From positions 350 through 64,349 of the forward strand of contig DASXLG010000068.1 in NCBI GenBank assembly GCA_036496425.1: a stretch of DNA of 64,000 nt, read 5' to 3'. Under the pieces are notes generated by a model. The model made no database searches, was not told where the DNA came from, and saw only the letters and a list, made by a program, of their open reading frames with translations. Position 1 is the stretch's first letter, and each line of letters begins with the position of its first letter. This DNA is from Terriglobia bacterium (lineage in GTDB: Bacteria > Acidobacteriota > Terriglobia > 20CM-2-55-15). The translations under genes and the position numbers were made by a program. Below, one piece after another: positions 36,008 to 45,756 of the stretch.

Positions 36008-36904
36008 TCAGCCCTGCAGCGCCGCCACGGTTGCCGGCAAGGGCACGCCCGCATGCGCCACGAAGATTTCGTTCAACGAAGCGGCTTCGTCATCGACGAT
36101 GGTCGCGCCGAGATGTGCGACGCGCGCCGGATCGCAGATGATCGTCCATTCTCTGCCGGCTCCCGTGACGCTCCACGCGCCCGGCACGGCCGGCGGTTCG
36201 GCCTGCTGCCTATCGAAACGAAGCGCGATGCGGTGGTGCTGCGCTTTCACATCGTCGAGCCGTCCGCACAAAACGAGCTTTCCCTGATGCAGCATCGCAA
36301 CGTGGTCGGACACCCGCTCGATTTCTTCAAGTAAGTGCGATGAGAAAAACACCGTGCGGCCCTCATCGCTGACGGTGCGGATGATCGCCGCCAGAATGTC
36401 GCTGCGGACAATCGGATCCAGACCGGAACTCGGCTCGTCCAACAGAAGCAGGTCGGGACGATGGGCCTGAGCGGCAAGCAATCCGAGTTTCGCGCGCTGG
36501 CCTTTCGAAAGCGTCCGGACACGGGAAGCCGGATCGAGGCCGAATTGCCGGCGCAGTTCTTCCGCGTATCCGTCATCCCATTTGGGATAAAACGCCCGGA
36601 TATAGCGGACGAACTCGTCGACGCGCATCCAATCGGGCAGGTCCGGCTGCTCCGACAGATAACCAATGCTTCCGAGCACTCGCACGGGTTCCGCCACCGG
36701 ATTCATGCCGAACACCCGCACGGTACCGTGTTCCGCTCGAAGCAAACCAAGAATGTGCTTGATTAGAGTCGTCTTTCCTGCCCCGTTTTCGCCGACCAGG
36801 CCGAACACGCTGCCGCGAGGCACATCGAATGAAACCTGATTCAAGGCCGGCTTCGCTCCGAACTTGCGGGACAAATTTGTAATCGACACCGGATATTCAG
36901 GCAC
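36008..36904 (-). CDS. ABC transporter ATP-binding protein
   Basis: Walker A GENGAGKTT, signature LSKGQRAKLGL, Walker B LLLLDEP. I set the start at GTG 36904, which overlaps the GntR gene's stop (GTGCCTGA). The ORF-track start at 37024 lies inside the GntR gene. Confidence 0.85.
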   Translation of the reverse strand: MPEYPVSITNLSRKFGAKPALNQVSFDVPRGSVFGLVGENGAGKTTLIKHILGLLRAEHGTVRVFGMNPVAEPVRVLGSIGYLSEQPDLPDWMRVDEFVRYIRAFYPKWDDGYAEELRRQFGLDPASRVRTLSKGQRAKLGLLAAQAHRPDLLLLDEPSSGLDPIVRSDILAAIIRTVSDEGRTVFFSSHLLEEIERVSDHVAMLHQGKLVLCGRLDDVKAQHHRIALRFDRQQAEPPAVPGAWSVTGAGREWTIICDPARVAHLGATIVDDEAASLNEIFVAHAGVPLPATVAALQG

Positions 36905-37298
36905 GTTTCCTCCCGGTCGGCTTGCGCGCCCGCCGGAACCCCAGCGCGTTCTCCACCAGGCGGCGGATTTCCTCTTCAGTGAGGTGGAAGGATTCAAGCC
37001 GGTCCATCGCGGAGTCCACCACACCTTGGGCCTTTTGCATGAGCTTCGCGCGGGCGACCATCGAATCCTGAATGAAAGCGCCCGAACCGTGCTTCAGATC
37101 GATGATCCCCTCGTGCTCCAGCTCCCGATAAGCCCGGGCGACGGTATTGGGATTGATCAACAAGTCTTCCGCCATCTGACGGACACTCGGAAGCTGCTCT
37201 CCGGCCCGTATCGTGCCGGTGTCGATGGCATGCTTCACCTGCTCCATCAACTGGAGATAAAGCGGTACGCCCGAAGCGGGATTCAATTGCAGATTCAT
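36897..37298 (-). CDS. GntR-family (YtrA-like) transcriptional regulator
   Basis: VPLYLQLMEQVKHAIDTGTIRAGEQLPSVRQMAEDLLINPNTVARAYRELEHEGII. It is 133 aa and is the first gene of a GntR-ABC-permease operon. Confidence 0.85.
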   Translation of the reverse strand: MNLQLNPASGVPLYLQLMEQVKHAIDTGTIRAGEQLPSVRQMAEDLLINPNTVARAYRELEHEGIIDLKHGSGAFIQDSMVARAKLMQKAQGVVDSAMDRLESFHLTEEEIRRLVENALGFRRARKPTGRKRA

Positions 37299-37440
37299 AC
37301 TGTATGCTCAGATAACACAGTATACAGATGAGGGTCAAGAGACTTGTTTTTAGAGTTCACTGCAGCGTATGCGGGAGGACCGCCTACTCGATTCTTTCCG
37401 AGCCTTGGGATAATTGCGCAAATTCATTGCGCGGCTTGGG

Positions 37441-37506
37441 CTATCGCGCGGTTCGGCGAGCGCTTTGTCGGTTCGCCAGGATATCGCTGTCCACAAGGTA
37501 CTTCAC
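37441..37506 (-). pseudogene. truncated PIN-domain (VapC-like) toxin remnant, 21 codons
   Basis: A GTG overlaps the antitoxin's stop (GTGA). The remnant reads VKYLVDSDILANRQSARRTAR*. The KYLVDSDIL N-terminus is the canonical start of PIN toxins. Confidence 0.45.
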
Positions 37507-37733
37507 AGGGAACCGGTGGTCTCGGACTCGATCGCGACAAAGAAGCCCTTTCCTGGACATGCCAGGAGCCAATCCACGATTCCCTCGTTGGGTACTGGAG
37601 TGGTTCGCACGAGCCTGTACTCCCCGCGGTCCAGCCGCTCTACTTCGAATTCCTGGCCCGCCTGAACATCATCCTGCTGCCGGTATTCAGCCGGCAGGAC
37701 GATTTGCCCTTTCGAAGAGATGGTTGTCTTCAC
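37503..37733 (-). CDS. AbrB/MazE/SpoVT-family antitoxin (VapB-like)
   Basis: GTG start at 37733. VKTTISSKGQIVLPAEYRQQDDVQAGQEFEVERLDRGEYRLV is a SpoVT/AbrB swapped-hairpin motif, followed by the tail GIVDWLLACPGKGFFVAIESE. Confidence 0.7.
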   Translation of the reverse strand: MKTTISSKGQIVLPAEYRQQDDVQAGQEFEVERLDRGEYRLVRTTPVPNEGIVDWLLACPGKGFFVAIESETTGSL

Positions 37734-37854
37734 GGAAGTAAAAAACAAATGTCTTCCATTGTTTCCGCCGATTACCGAAAAATAATATGAATGAAAACCC
37801 GGCGGCCCTGCATGGAAAACTCCTTGTCCGGCGGGTGATGGTATAACAAATTCC

Positions 37855-38871
37855 GTGCGTCTTGCGCTTCTTGTATTCCTTCTTTTCCCCTCCGTGGCAT
37901 CCGCCCAGGAAACGGTGGGAATCCTCGGCAACACCGGGCTATGGAAGGTCCTCACGACGGACACACTGCCGTCCGGCAAGGCAGCGTTCGGAACCTGGTA
38001 CGACCGAATCAATCGCAATCCCGGCGATCTGACCATCAGCACGACCGGTTTTTCGGCGGCGGTGGGCATCGGACGAAACTTCGAAGCCGGAGCCGCATTC
38101 GAAGTGAACAAGCACGTCCTGGCCGGACGGCAGGATCAACTGAGTTTTGGCCAGCAGGCGCTTGGCCTCTTCGGCGATCAGACACCTGGATCGCCGCCTC
38201 TTCCAAATGAACGCGCCGCTGGAAGCAGCCGCATGCCGCAATTGCGTTCACCTGCAACAACGCAGGGTCCGCTCACGGGCGCGGCGGGATACTACGATCT
38301 GCTGCCGTTTGCCGGTTTCGTGCGGGAAGGCAGCGGCGTCGGCCAAATAACAGCAGGCGGAAAGTGGAGACTGCTTTCTGAAGCCACGGGCGCGCCGCTC
38401 GGCTTGGCGGTGCATGCGCATCTGGATATTCCGATCCGCAAAGGCATCGACTACCTGCTGACTCACCCGGCCGGAACCGCCGACTTGCAGTTCGGCTTCG
38501 ACGGCATTCTCAGCAGGCGTCTGGCTGATGCCGCCGGTTTGTATTGGAATTTCGGATATCGGCATATCGACCAGCCGGTCCACAACAGCGTGGTTCAACT
38601 CGCGGATGAGGCGCCACTGGGCTTCGGTTGGAACGTTCCAAGGACCGGCCGAATTCAGTTCGTGGGTGAAGCCACAGCCGAGGTCTTAATCGGAGAACAC
38701 ACGTCCAATACAACATTCGGCGCAGCGGATCCGGTAGACCTGACGCTCGGATTTCGTGTCGAGGTGGTCCCGCGAATGATCGTCAGCGGAGGCTATCGCC
38801 GGCCGGTAAATCAATATGGTGGAGACAGGAACGGATTCGTAATCCAGGCGGGGTTTACTCAGTCCAGATAA
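37855..38871 (+). CDS. secreted hypothetical protein, possible outer-membrane beta-barrel; possibly leaderless
   Basis: GTG 37855, with the signal peptide MRLALLVFLLFPSVASAQE. There is no SD. The extended -10 TGGTATAAC (37839-37847) ends 7 nt before the GTG. The sequence shows an alternating beta pattern and ends ..VIQAGFTQSR. Confidence 0.55.
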   Translation: MRLALLVFLLFPSVASAQETVGILGNTGLWKVLTTDTLPSGKAAFGTWYDRINRNPGDLTISTTGFSAAVGIGRNFEAGAAFEVNKHVLAGRQDQLSFGQQALGLFGDQTPGSPPLPNERAAGSSRMPQLRSPATTQGPLTGAAGYYDLLPFAGFVREGSGVGQITAGGKWRLLSEATGAPLGLAVHAHLDIPIRKGIDYLLTHPAGTADLQFGFDGILSRRLADAAGLYWNFGYRHIDQPVHNSVVQLADEAPLGFGWNVPRTGRIQFVGEATAEVLIGEHTSNTTFGAADPVDLTLGFRVEVVPRMIVSGGYRRPVNQYGGDRNGFVIQAGFTQSR

Positions 38872-39395
38872 AAATCCCACTTCATGCTCTTGATCTTGTT
38901 GCCATCGAACATGACATGGATTTTGTCGTCGTACACGCACTCGTAACACCCGTAGACGGATTCCGCGGGACGATCGATATCCGGCTTGCCCAGAAGCCGG
39001 AGCATGTCGTCGCGAGTGCTGCCGATCCGTAATTTTGCGGGGAACTGCCAACGATTGTCACTGAGTTCGATGCTGGAAATCACGCTATGGCTGCCGTCCG
39101 TGTCCTGACGTAATTCGACGACGAGGCCGGCAAAACGGAGCGTCGTCAGGCGGTGGCCTTTCACCTGATTCTCTGAAACGGAAACCGGCTTCCCCAGGAC
39201 TTTTTCGGCCTCGGCTCGGGTCATTTCGCGCCCGAGGGGGAATCCCTTCGAGATCAACTCATCCACGGCGGGCGCGGTGGCCGGCCGGGGCTGCAGCGAA
39301 GACTGCGGTACAAGAAACAGAACGCTCAGCGTTGTTGAGGCCATCAAAGAGGAAACAATTCCATTCAGCATTCTTTTGACATCCGTTTGGGGCAT
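38859..39395 (-). CDS. secreted hypothetical protein
   Basis: 178 aa with a hydrophobic N-terminus. I recognise no motif. Confidence 0.5.
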   Translation of the reverse strand: MPQTDVKRMLNGIVSSLMASTTLSVLFLVPQSSLQPRPATAPAVDELISKGFPLGREMTRAEAEKVLGKPVSVSENQVKGHRLTTLRFAGLVVELRQDTDGSHSVISSIELSDNRWQFPAKLRIGSTRDDMLRLLGKPDIDRPAESVYGCYECVYDDKIHVMFDGNKIKSMKWDFYLD

Positions 39396-39422
39396 TTTAT
39401 GCCTAAAATCTTCGTGCGACCT

Positions 39423-40058
39423 ATGAAGCCCAAAATATTTATCGCCATCGTGTTCGTGTTCTTCGTTGTGGCCACAAGCATATCAACAGTGGCCCAGGAA
39501 ACCGTCTATCCGATCCCGCCGAATTCCGATCCTCCGGCCCTGCTGACGGAGGATCACTACGCGTTCGTTGTCGAGAGATCGTTCGAATACAAGCTGACGT
39601 TCGGTTACCCCTCGATGGATAAGGCGTGGTTTATTCCGGGCACGAAAACGCGGCTGGTGGTGTTGTGGCTGAAAGTCGAAAACGAGTCCGATAATCCGCT
39701 CAAGCTGGACGTCAGCAAATTCATCAGCACCGATGACACGGGGAAAACCTACACACCTCTCACTGCGGATGAAGCATTCAACCGCATCATGGCAGGCGTG
39801 GCCACGACAGAACCTACGATCGCGAGTAAAACCTTAAAAGGGATTTCGTTCGGGAAAGCCGGCAACAAGGTAACGGCGGAGCAGATCAAAGAGGACGTCG
39901 CCCGGTACGCTCTCCTGAGCGGCACGCTTCCGCCGAGAAGCGTAAAGGATGGTCTGATTTACTTCGATCCGCCGAAGAAAAAGAAGTTCATGCTCACCGT
40001 CAACCTCGGGGATCTTTGGGCGAGGCCCTTCGTCTTTTCAACGTCGAAGCCGAAATAA
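39423..40058 (+). CDS. DUF4352-like secreted protein
   Basis: ATG 39423, with the signal peptide MKPKIFIAIVFVFFVVATSISTVAQE. TRLVVLWLKVENESDNPLKLDVSKFISTDDTGKTYTP resembles DUF4352. Confidence 0.55.
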   Translation: MKPKIFIAIVFVFFVVATSISTVAQETVYPIPPNSDPPALLTEDHYAFVVERSFEYKLTFGYPSMDKAWFIPGTKTRLVVLWLKVENESDNPLKLDVSKFISTDDTGKTYTPLTADEAFNRIMAGVATTEPTIASKTLKGISFGKAGNKVTAEQIKEDVARYALLSGTLPPRSVKDGLIYFDPPKKKKFMLTVNLGDLWARPFVFSTSKPK

Positions 40059-40060
40059 CG

Positions 40061-40879
40061 TTACAGCCCGGACTTGGCAACGGTGACCACACCGACGGTG
40101 TTGTAGTCGTAGCGGATCTGCATCACCACGGTTCCGAACAGCCGTACATCGCTGGAAGACTCGACCTTATCCGTCAACCAAACGCCGGCGTCGTTCAGGC
40201 GCCGGAAGTGCCAGTCGACTTCGGCGTGAGAAATCCACATCGAGACGTGTTTGGAAGGAATGCCGTGAACTCTGCTCACAGCGTAATCTTCGGCATCCAG
40301 CCAGACATCGCCTTCGATCAGAAACTTGTCGGGGCGCCGCGGTTTCACAGACATGTGCCAGCACGGACGCCCGTCGCAGGCGTCGGAGCCGATCAGCGTG
40401 AATTGATAGTTCCGGGGGATAAGGTCGGCTTGATCGTTCGAAGAAAGCTCGGACTCGGCCAGCAGAATCTTTTCGAACACGTGCTCACGAATGAAGGCGG
40501 AGCCGTCCTGGCGGACGACGATCGACTGCATCGGACCAGGCGAACGAAATGTCGTCTCGACCTCGAGAGTGGAGTCGATATTGAAACGTGTGTTTGTGGC
40601 ATGGAAGAGCCGGTGAGCCTGATACTCCCTAAGCGACGTATCCTGCCACTTGCGGTGAGCCATCATGCGCGACAACAGCTCGCTCAAAAATAACTGCGTT
40701 TTGCCGCTCGCGTTCGCGAGCATTTGCGGCATGGAATCCGCTTCGATTGGATATCCAATGACGCCGGCAAACGCCCAGCCCATCAGAGTAAGCGCGCTAC
40801 CTCCAACGATTGCCGCCAACCGCTTCCACATAAAGCCTGAAACGAGCACGCGGGATACCAGGAAAAGGAGGAGCCGCAA
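40061..40879 (-). CDS. LolA-fold outer-membrane lipoprotein-sorting-like protein
   Basis: RNYQFTLIGSDACDGRPCWHMSVKPRRPDKFLIEGDVWLDAEDYAVSRVHG matches a pattern I recall for this acidobacterial family. There is an N-terminal anchor. Confidence 0.45.
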   Translation of the reverse strand: MRLLLFLVSRVLVSGFMWKRLAAIVGGSALTLMGWAFAGVIGYPIEADSMPQMLANASGKTQLFLSELLSRMMAHRKWQDTSLREYQAHRLFHATNTRFNIDSTLEVETTFRSPGPMQSIVVRQDGSAFIREHVFEKILLAESELSSNDQADLIPRNYQFTLIGSDACDGRPCWHMSVKPRRPDKFLIEGDVWLDAEDYAVSRVHGIPSKHVSMWISHAEVDWHFRRLNDAGVWLTDKVESSSDVRLFGTVVMQIRYDYNTVGVVTVAKSGL

Positions 40880-40926
40880 CCGCTGATCTCAGGCGGATCT
40901 GAAAATCCGCAGACAGATCAGCGGTT
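40878..40926. repeat. nested hairpin (REP-like) downstream of the RRM gene
   Basis: AACCGCTGATCT (40878-40889) pairs with AGATCAGCGGTT (40915-40926). The inner hairpin is GCGGAT-ctgaaa-ATCCGC. No T-tract follows. Confidence 0.5.
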
Positions 40927-40982
40927 ACGCTCATTCCACTTGTGGCCTCGCGGCACTCGGCGTTTGGCACGCTACGCCACAT

Positions 40983-41243
40983 TCAGGCCGTTTGGCGAAC
41001 GGGGGTAGCCCAACTGATGGTCAAGACGCGGCCCGCGAATTCCCTTCCATTCAATGACCGTACGGCCATCTCTGCAAGCCCGTCTTCTTCGAGCTCGACG
41101 AAACCAAATCCGCGTGGTTTGTTGGTTGCGCGGTCCTGGATAATCTCCACAGACCGTGTCCTGAATCCTTGTGAAACAAACCACTCGCCTAACGCCTGCT
41201 CGGTTTTGCTAAAAGGTATGTTGCCCACAAACAGTCGGTTCAA
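40983..41243 (-). CDS. RRM-type RNA-binding protein
   Basis: RNP motifs LFVGNIPF and RGFGFVEL. I set the start at TTG 41243, 4 nt after GGAGGTG. The ORF-track start is 41276. Confidence 0.8.
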   Translation of the reverse strand: MNRLFVGNIPFSKTEQALGEWFVSQGFRTRSVEIIQDRATNKPRGFGFVELEEDGLAEMAVRSLNGREFAGRVLTISWATPVRQTA

Positions 41244-41398
41244 ATCGCACCTCCAATGAGATTTGAATATGAACACCTCACGTTTTATCGGGTATCGAGC
41301 ATCCTCCGAGATGCGTGTAGGACTAATGACCCGGGAGATTTACCTACTTTTAATCTGTGCCCCAAAGAGGAACCTGCGGGCGGAACTCAACTACCACT

Positions 41399-42382
41399 TC
41401 AATATCCAGCGTTACAATCCACTTCATTCACCAACGGCTCACCACGTTGAAAACGCAGAAGATTCTCGCTGAAAAGAGCAATGACCTCATCCCAGTGGTC
41501 CGGGCGGAGGCCAGAGGAATGCGGCGAAACGATGACGTTAGGCAGGTCCCACAACGGACTGGCCGCATCCAGCGGCTCGCGCTCAAAAACATCCAAGACG
41601 GCGCCGCCGAGACGGCCGCTCTGGAGGGCCGTCATCATAGCGGATTCATCGACGATCTTCGCCCGCGCCACATTTATAAGTATGGCGCCCGGATTCATCA
41701 GCGCGAGATGTTCCGCCCGGATCATCCGGTCCGTCTCTCGAATGAATGGGGCCGAGATAACCAGGACATCCGAGCCGCGCAAAGCTTCGTCCAGTTGCTT
41801 TCCACTCACGATCCGATCCACGAACGGCGGGACCGGCTGATCGAGACGCCTGCGGATTCCCGTCACACTCATGCCGAAGGCGTGGGCCCGTCGCGCCACT
41901 TCCTGACCGATGGTGCCGAAGCCAAGGATCGTCATCTTGCGGCCTTTCAAGCTCCACGGCCAGGCGGCGCTCGAAAGCTCATTCTGAATCCAGCGGCGCT
42001 CACGCTGGGCTTCCAACATGAGATTGAAGCGGCGCGAAAGCAGAAGGAGGCCGCCCATCACGTGCTCCGCAATCGGCGCAGCCTGAATCCCTCGGGAGTT
42101 GCTCACGGCGATTCGACGCGCGGCCAGTTCCTGCAGCGGCAGGATACCGACCGCCGCGGCAGTCGAATGAACCCATCGCAATCGCGGCGCCCGCTCGACC
42201 ATCGCGGCCGACAACCGGGAAGCCAGAGCCACGTCTGCCGTTTGAATCGCCTCTGCTGCGTCGTTGTCGGTCAGCGCATGTGTAAACGTGAATTCCGGAA
42301 ACCGTTCCCGCAGACGCCGGATCTGCGACTCGGGAACCCGCCAAAATTCAACCGGCCACACTGTAAATACAAGAACGTTCAT
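41399..42382 (-). CDS. D-isomer-specific 2-hydroxyacid dehydrogenase family protein
   Basis: Rossmann motif ILGFGTIGQEVARRA, and the catalytic region ..NVARAKIVDE...VIVSPHSSG. The start is at ATG 42382 (MNVLVFT). Confidence 0.8.
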   Translation of the reverse strand: MNVLVFTVWPVEFWRVPESQIRRLRERFPEFTFTHALTDNDAAEAIQTADVALASRLSAAMVERAPRLRWVHSTAAAVGILPLQELAARRIAVSNSRGIQAAPIAEHVMGGLLLLSRRFNLMLEAQRERRWIQNELSSAAWPWSLKGRKMTILGFGTIGQEVARRAHAFGMSVTGIRRRLDQPVPPFVDRIVSGKQLDEALRGSDVLVISAPFIRETDRMIRAEHLALMNPGAILINVARAKIVDESAMMTALQSGRLGGAVLDVFEREPLDAASPLWDLPNVIVSPHSSGLRPDHWDEVIALFSENLLRFQRGEPLVNEVDCNAGY

Positions 42383-42387
42383 GCTCG

Positions 42388-42726
42388 ATGAGTAAAATAA
42401 TGGAAATGGGCCGCGAAGCGCTAGATACCGAACTCGAGAACACGACAAAAGACGAACTTGGCAAGATGTACCACGTCATCATTCTCAATGATGACGAGCA
42501 CAGCTTCGACTACGTTATCGAAATGCTGCAGGCCGTTTTCAACATGCCTTACGGCACGGCGATGGCACGCACCGCCGAAGCCGATACGACCGGCAGCGCG
42601 ATCGTCCTCACCACAAACCTCGAGGAAGCCGAACAGAAGCGGGACCAGGTTCACGCCTACGGCCCGGACTGGCGCATGCCGAACAGCCGCGGGTCGGTGG
42701 CGGCCCTGGTTGAACCCGCGGATTAA
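42388..42726 (+). CDS. clpS: ATP-dependent Clp protease adaptor ClpS
   Basis: MYHVIILNDDEHSFDYVIEMLQAVFNM..A.....AD..G.AIV is the ClpS core pattern. Confidence 0.8.
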   Translation: MSKIMEMGREALDTELENTTKDELGKMYHVIILNDDEHSFDYVIEMLQAVFNMPYGTAMARTAEADTTGSAIVLTTNLEEAEQKRDQVHAYGPDWRMPNSRGSVAALVEPAD

Positions 42727-42794
42727 ACGGCTTGGCCTGTAGGCCAGGGTCCTCGCGACGCAGTACGATTAACAGCTCACGTATACTGTCGTCC

Positions 42795-44342
42795 ATGCGT
42801 CCCGCGCTCATCGTCGTTGCGTTGGTCCTTGCGCTGGTTCCGGTGTTGGCGCAGGCGCCCGGCGCATCCTATAGCGACTCGATCGTCATCGCGCCGCTGT
42901 ACATCGAATACGCGAAGGTCTCGGATCAGAAGTTTGCCGCCGAGGCCCAGCGATTACGCCGCGATCTTGGCCAGGCGCCGCACGTGCTGCTTGGGTTTTC
43001 CGCGTTTCTGTCTCTCGAATACAACGCCGAACCCGACCTCCGGCAAGCGATCGACAAATCGATTCTCGCGCCGACCCTCCGAGAAACCGATCTTGTGGTG
43101 CAACGAGCCTTGAAGAACGGCCTGATCACACATGTGGCCCTCACGACCGGTTTCTTTCACGGCTGGAACGGATTGCGGGAGGCCGCGATCCGGCAGGACG
43201 TCCGCAACGCGCAATGGTTCGCGGACGGCTGGATCGGCCGCCCGGCAGAGCTGACCAATCCTGAAGTTGTCCCGCGTTCCGTCTGGTTGACTCCATCACG
43301 CTACGCGCGCGAGCTCCACAGCCGGATGGAAGAAAGCGTTCGCATCGTGGCAAGCCATCTTGCGGGTGTGATGGAAGCGGCGCCCGCTACGCTGGTCAGC
43401 GTCAGCGGCGATGGCGAAGTGGAACTGAGCTGGGAACGGAATCTCGGAGAGGGCGCCGTCGGGCAAAACACCACCGACGTTCTGTACACGGATTACAGTC
43501 CTTTTGCTGTCGCGGAGTTCAGGGATTCGCTCCGATTTCCCAAGTATGCGGGCGATCACACGCCCGATACCGACGACGACCACAATGGCCACACGCTCAA
43601 CAGCGACTATCGGCAACACTTTACAACCTGGGACCTGAAGTATTTCAACGACAGCGGTCCGATATCGTTTGCAGCGTATGTCGCGCTTTCGAGCAAGCTG
43701 CCGATATCGGCTCCATACTTCAAAGCCGGCGGATTCGATGCTCCGCGCTCGGCAAACCCTGGCGATCCTTTCTGGAAAGCGTGGATCGCGTTCCGCCGAC
43801 AGATGGTCAGCAATTATGTTCGCGACTTCGCGCAGTGGGTGACGACGGCGGCGAGCCCGTCGGGCTTCAAGATTCCGTCCGACCGTTATTATTCGCACCA
43901 GATTCCGGCGGACTACCTGTTCGAGCAGCCGGACAACATCCGGCTCCGCACCTCCGCAAGTCCGGCTGAAAGCGGATTCATCGCGCCCTTCGGCGGCTCC
44001 GGAGTGACGGCCTATAACATCTTCGACGGCAAACGGCACCTGAGAACGGCCACGCCCTTGCTATTCTCCCAGCTTGCCAAAAGAAGCCGCAACTGGGCTG
44101 TACTGGAATATAACCCCTCGATGCCTTTGCAAACGGGCACTCCACCCAGCAGTGATCTCGATTACTACGATCGGCAGCTCCGACTTCTATATAGCTATCG
44201 ACCTCATGTCGTCGTCCCATTTGCATGGACGGAACTGCCCGATCACATCCAGGAATCGATAAACGGGAAACCCTTCGAGCGGGCGCTTGCGCGCTTCATC
44301 AAAGAAATCGGCAATATGCCTTGGGCGCCGGCGGGGAAGTAA
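42795..44342 (+). CDS. secreted hypothetical protein
   Basis: ATG 42795, with the signal peptide MRPALIVVALVLALVPVLAQA. About 515 aa, with no motif I recognise. Confidence 0.55.
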   Translation: MRPALIVVALVLALVPVLAQAPGASYSDSIVIAPLYIEYAKVSDQKFAAEAQRLRRDLGQAPHVLLGFSAFLSLEYNAEPDLRQAIDKSILAPTLRETDLVVQRALKNGLITHVALTTGFFHGWNGLREAAIRQDVRNAQWFADGWIGRPAELTNPEVVPRSVWLTPSRYARELHSRMEESVRIVASHLAGVMEAAPATLVSVSGDGEVELSWERNLGEGAVGQNTTDVLYTDYSPFAVAEFRDSLRFPKYAGDHTPDTDDDHNGHTLNSDYRQHFTTWDLKYFNDSGPISFAAYVALSSKLPISAPYFKAGGFDAPRSANPGDPFWKAWIAFRRQMVSNYVRDFAQWVTTAASPSGFKIPSDRYYSHQIPADYLFEQPDNIRLRTSASPAESGFIAPFGGSGVTAYNIFDGKRHLRTATPLLFSQLAKRSRNWAVLEYNPSMPLQTGTPPSSDLDYYDRQLRLLYSYRPHVVVPFAWTELPDHIQESINGKPFERALARFIKEIGNMPWAPAGK

Positions 44343-44382
44343 TCTATTACGCCAATGATGCAATGATCCAATATTCTTGTGG

Positions 44383-44853
44383 TTACTTCCCTTTTTCAAA
44401 GATGGAGTCGATCGGAAGGCCCTGCCCGCGTAGCGCTTCGCCGGCGAGGCGATCGCAGCATTCGTTCTCCGCATGGCCGTTGTGACCGCGGATCCATTCG
44501 AACTTCACGGCGTGGTTGTCGCAAAGCTTCAGCAGGTCTTCCCACAGATCGACGTTTTCGGCGGGGCGTTTGTTGCTGAGAATCCAGCCTTTCGATTTCC
44601 ACCGCCGGGCCCATCCCTTGCTGATTCCGTTGACGACGTATTGAGAGTCGCTGAACAGCGTGACGTCGCAAGGTTCCTTCAGTGCCCGTAATCCTTGAAT
44701 CGCGGCGGTGAGTTCCATTCGATTATTTGTTGTGTGACGAAATCCGCCGGAGAATTCCCTGCGTTGTTCCCCGTAAACGAGAACAATTCCGTAACCGCCG
44801 GGGCCGGGATTCGGGGAGCATCCGCCGTCGGTGTATATCGTTACTTTTTTCAT
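44383..44853 (-). CDS. rnhA: ribonuclease HI
   Basis: [33 protein letters not shown] and [21 protein letters not shown]. Confidence 0.9.
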   Translation of the reverse strand: MKKVTIYTDGGCSPNPGPGGYGIVLVYGEQRREFSGGFRHTTNNRMELTAAIQGLRALKEPCDVTLFSDSQYVVNGISKGWARRWKSKGWILSNKRPAENVDLWEDLLKLCDNHAVKFEWIRGHNGHAENECCDRLAGEALRGQGLPIDSIFEKGK

Positions 44854-44858
44854 CGGGC

Positions 44859-45737
44859 CTAGACGTTCAGGATTTCGAAACAGGCTTCCAGGCTCTTGAT
44901 CGGATCGCGGCCGGCAGTGGGCCTGAATTCATGGGCGATGAATCCGCTGTATCCGAGATCCGCGATCGCGTTCGCTACGAACCGGTAGTTGACTTCCTGG
45001 TTGTCGTCAATCTCGTTGCGGCTGGGCACGCCGGCGACGTGGAAGTGGCAGATCTTGTCGAAATTGTCTTTGATGTTGCGCGTCAGGTCGCCGTCGGCGA
45101 TCTGAACGTGGTAGCAATCGAACAGAATCTTCACGCGCGGCGAATTCACCTTTTTGCAAACATCCAGCCCCCAGGCCAGGTGGTTGAAGATCTGGTCGGT
45201 GCGCTGATCCGCCGCGACTTTGGCGTTGGTGATCTCCATGCAGAGAGTGACGTTCTTCTGCTCGGCGTAGCCCTTGACGCGGTTGAAAATCGCGACGGCG
45301 TTGTCGGCGCCTTCTTCGGCGGACATGCCGCGGCGTTCACCGGGAATCGCGATGAGGGTCGGGCATCCGACCTGGGCGCACAAATCGATACCTTTATGGA
45401 ACTCCGCTTCGAACTGGTCGTGCATCTCTTTGCGGATCAGACCATTCTGAAAATTCGTCCCCGAGCCGGTCATCAGCGCCGGCGTCAAGCCGTTATCCCG
45501 CAGGATCGAGATCTGCTGGGCCGTCGGAAGATCCACGCCCTTGAAGCCGATGCGAGCGAGCGTTTTGCAGCGTTCTTCAAACGACAGTTTCGAGGTACCC
45601 CAGACGGAACTCATAACGCTCTGCTTGAGACGGCCACGCCTGGCAGTTGCTGCCGGGGCCTGGGCGGATAACGTGATCGGAGACGCCGCAACAAGGCTGG
45701 CGCCAGCCACAGTGGAGAGAAATTCTCTGCGTTTCAT
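44859..45737 (-). CDS. Tat-exported xylose-isomerase-like TIM-barrel protein (hydroxypyruvate isomerase family)
   Basis: [20 protein letters not shown] is a Tat signal. The family pattern is [29 protein letters not shown]...[12 protein letters not shown]. Confidence 0.7.
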   Translation of the reverse strand: MKRREFLSTVAGASLVAASPITLSAQAPAATARRGRLKQSVMSSVWGTSKLSFEERCKTLARIGFKGVDLPTAQQISILRDNGLTPALMTGSGTNFQNGLIRKEMHDQFEAEFHKGIDLCAQVGCPTLIAIPGERRGMSAEEGADNAVAIFNRVKGYAEQKNVTLCMEITNAKVAADQRTDQIFNHLAWGLDVCKKVNSPRVKILFDCYHVQIADGDLTRNIKDNFDKICHFHVAGVPSRNEIDDNQEVNYRFVANAIADLGYSGFIAHEFRPTAGRDPIKSLEACFEILNV

Positions 45738-45756
45738 GTGCGCATTATACTGAGAC

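Noticed and set aside
37299-37330. Putative GntR operator ACTGTATGC...CAGTATACAG upstream of the GntR-ABC operon
   Set aside because: The sequences only partly mirror each other (CTGTAT / GTATAC). I have no comparative support, so it is not listed as a feature.
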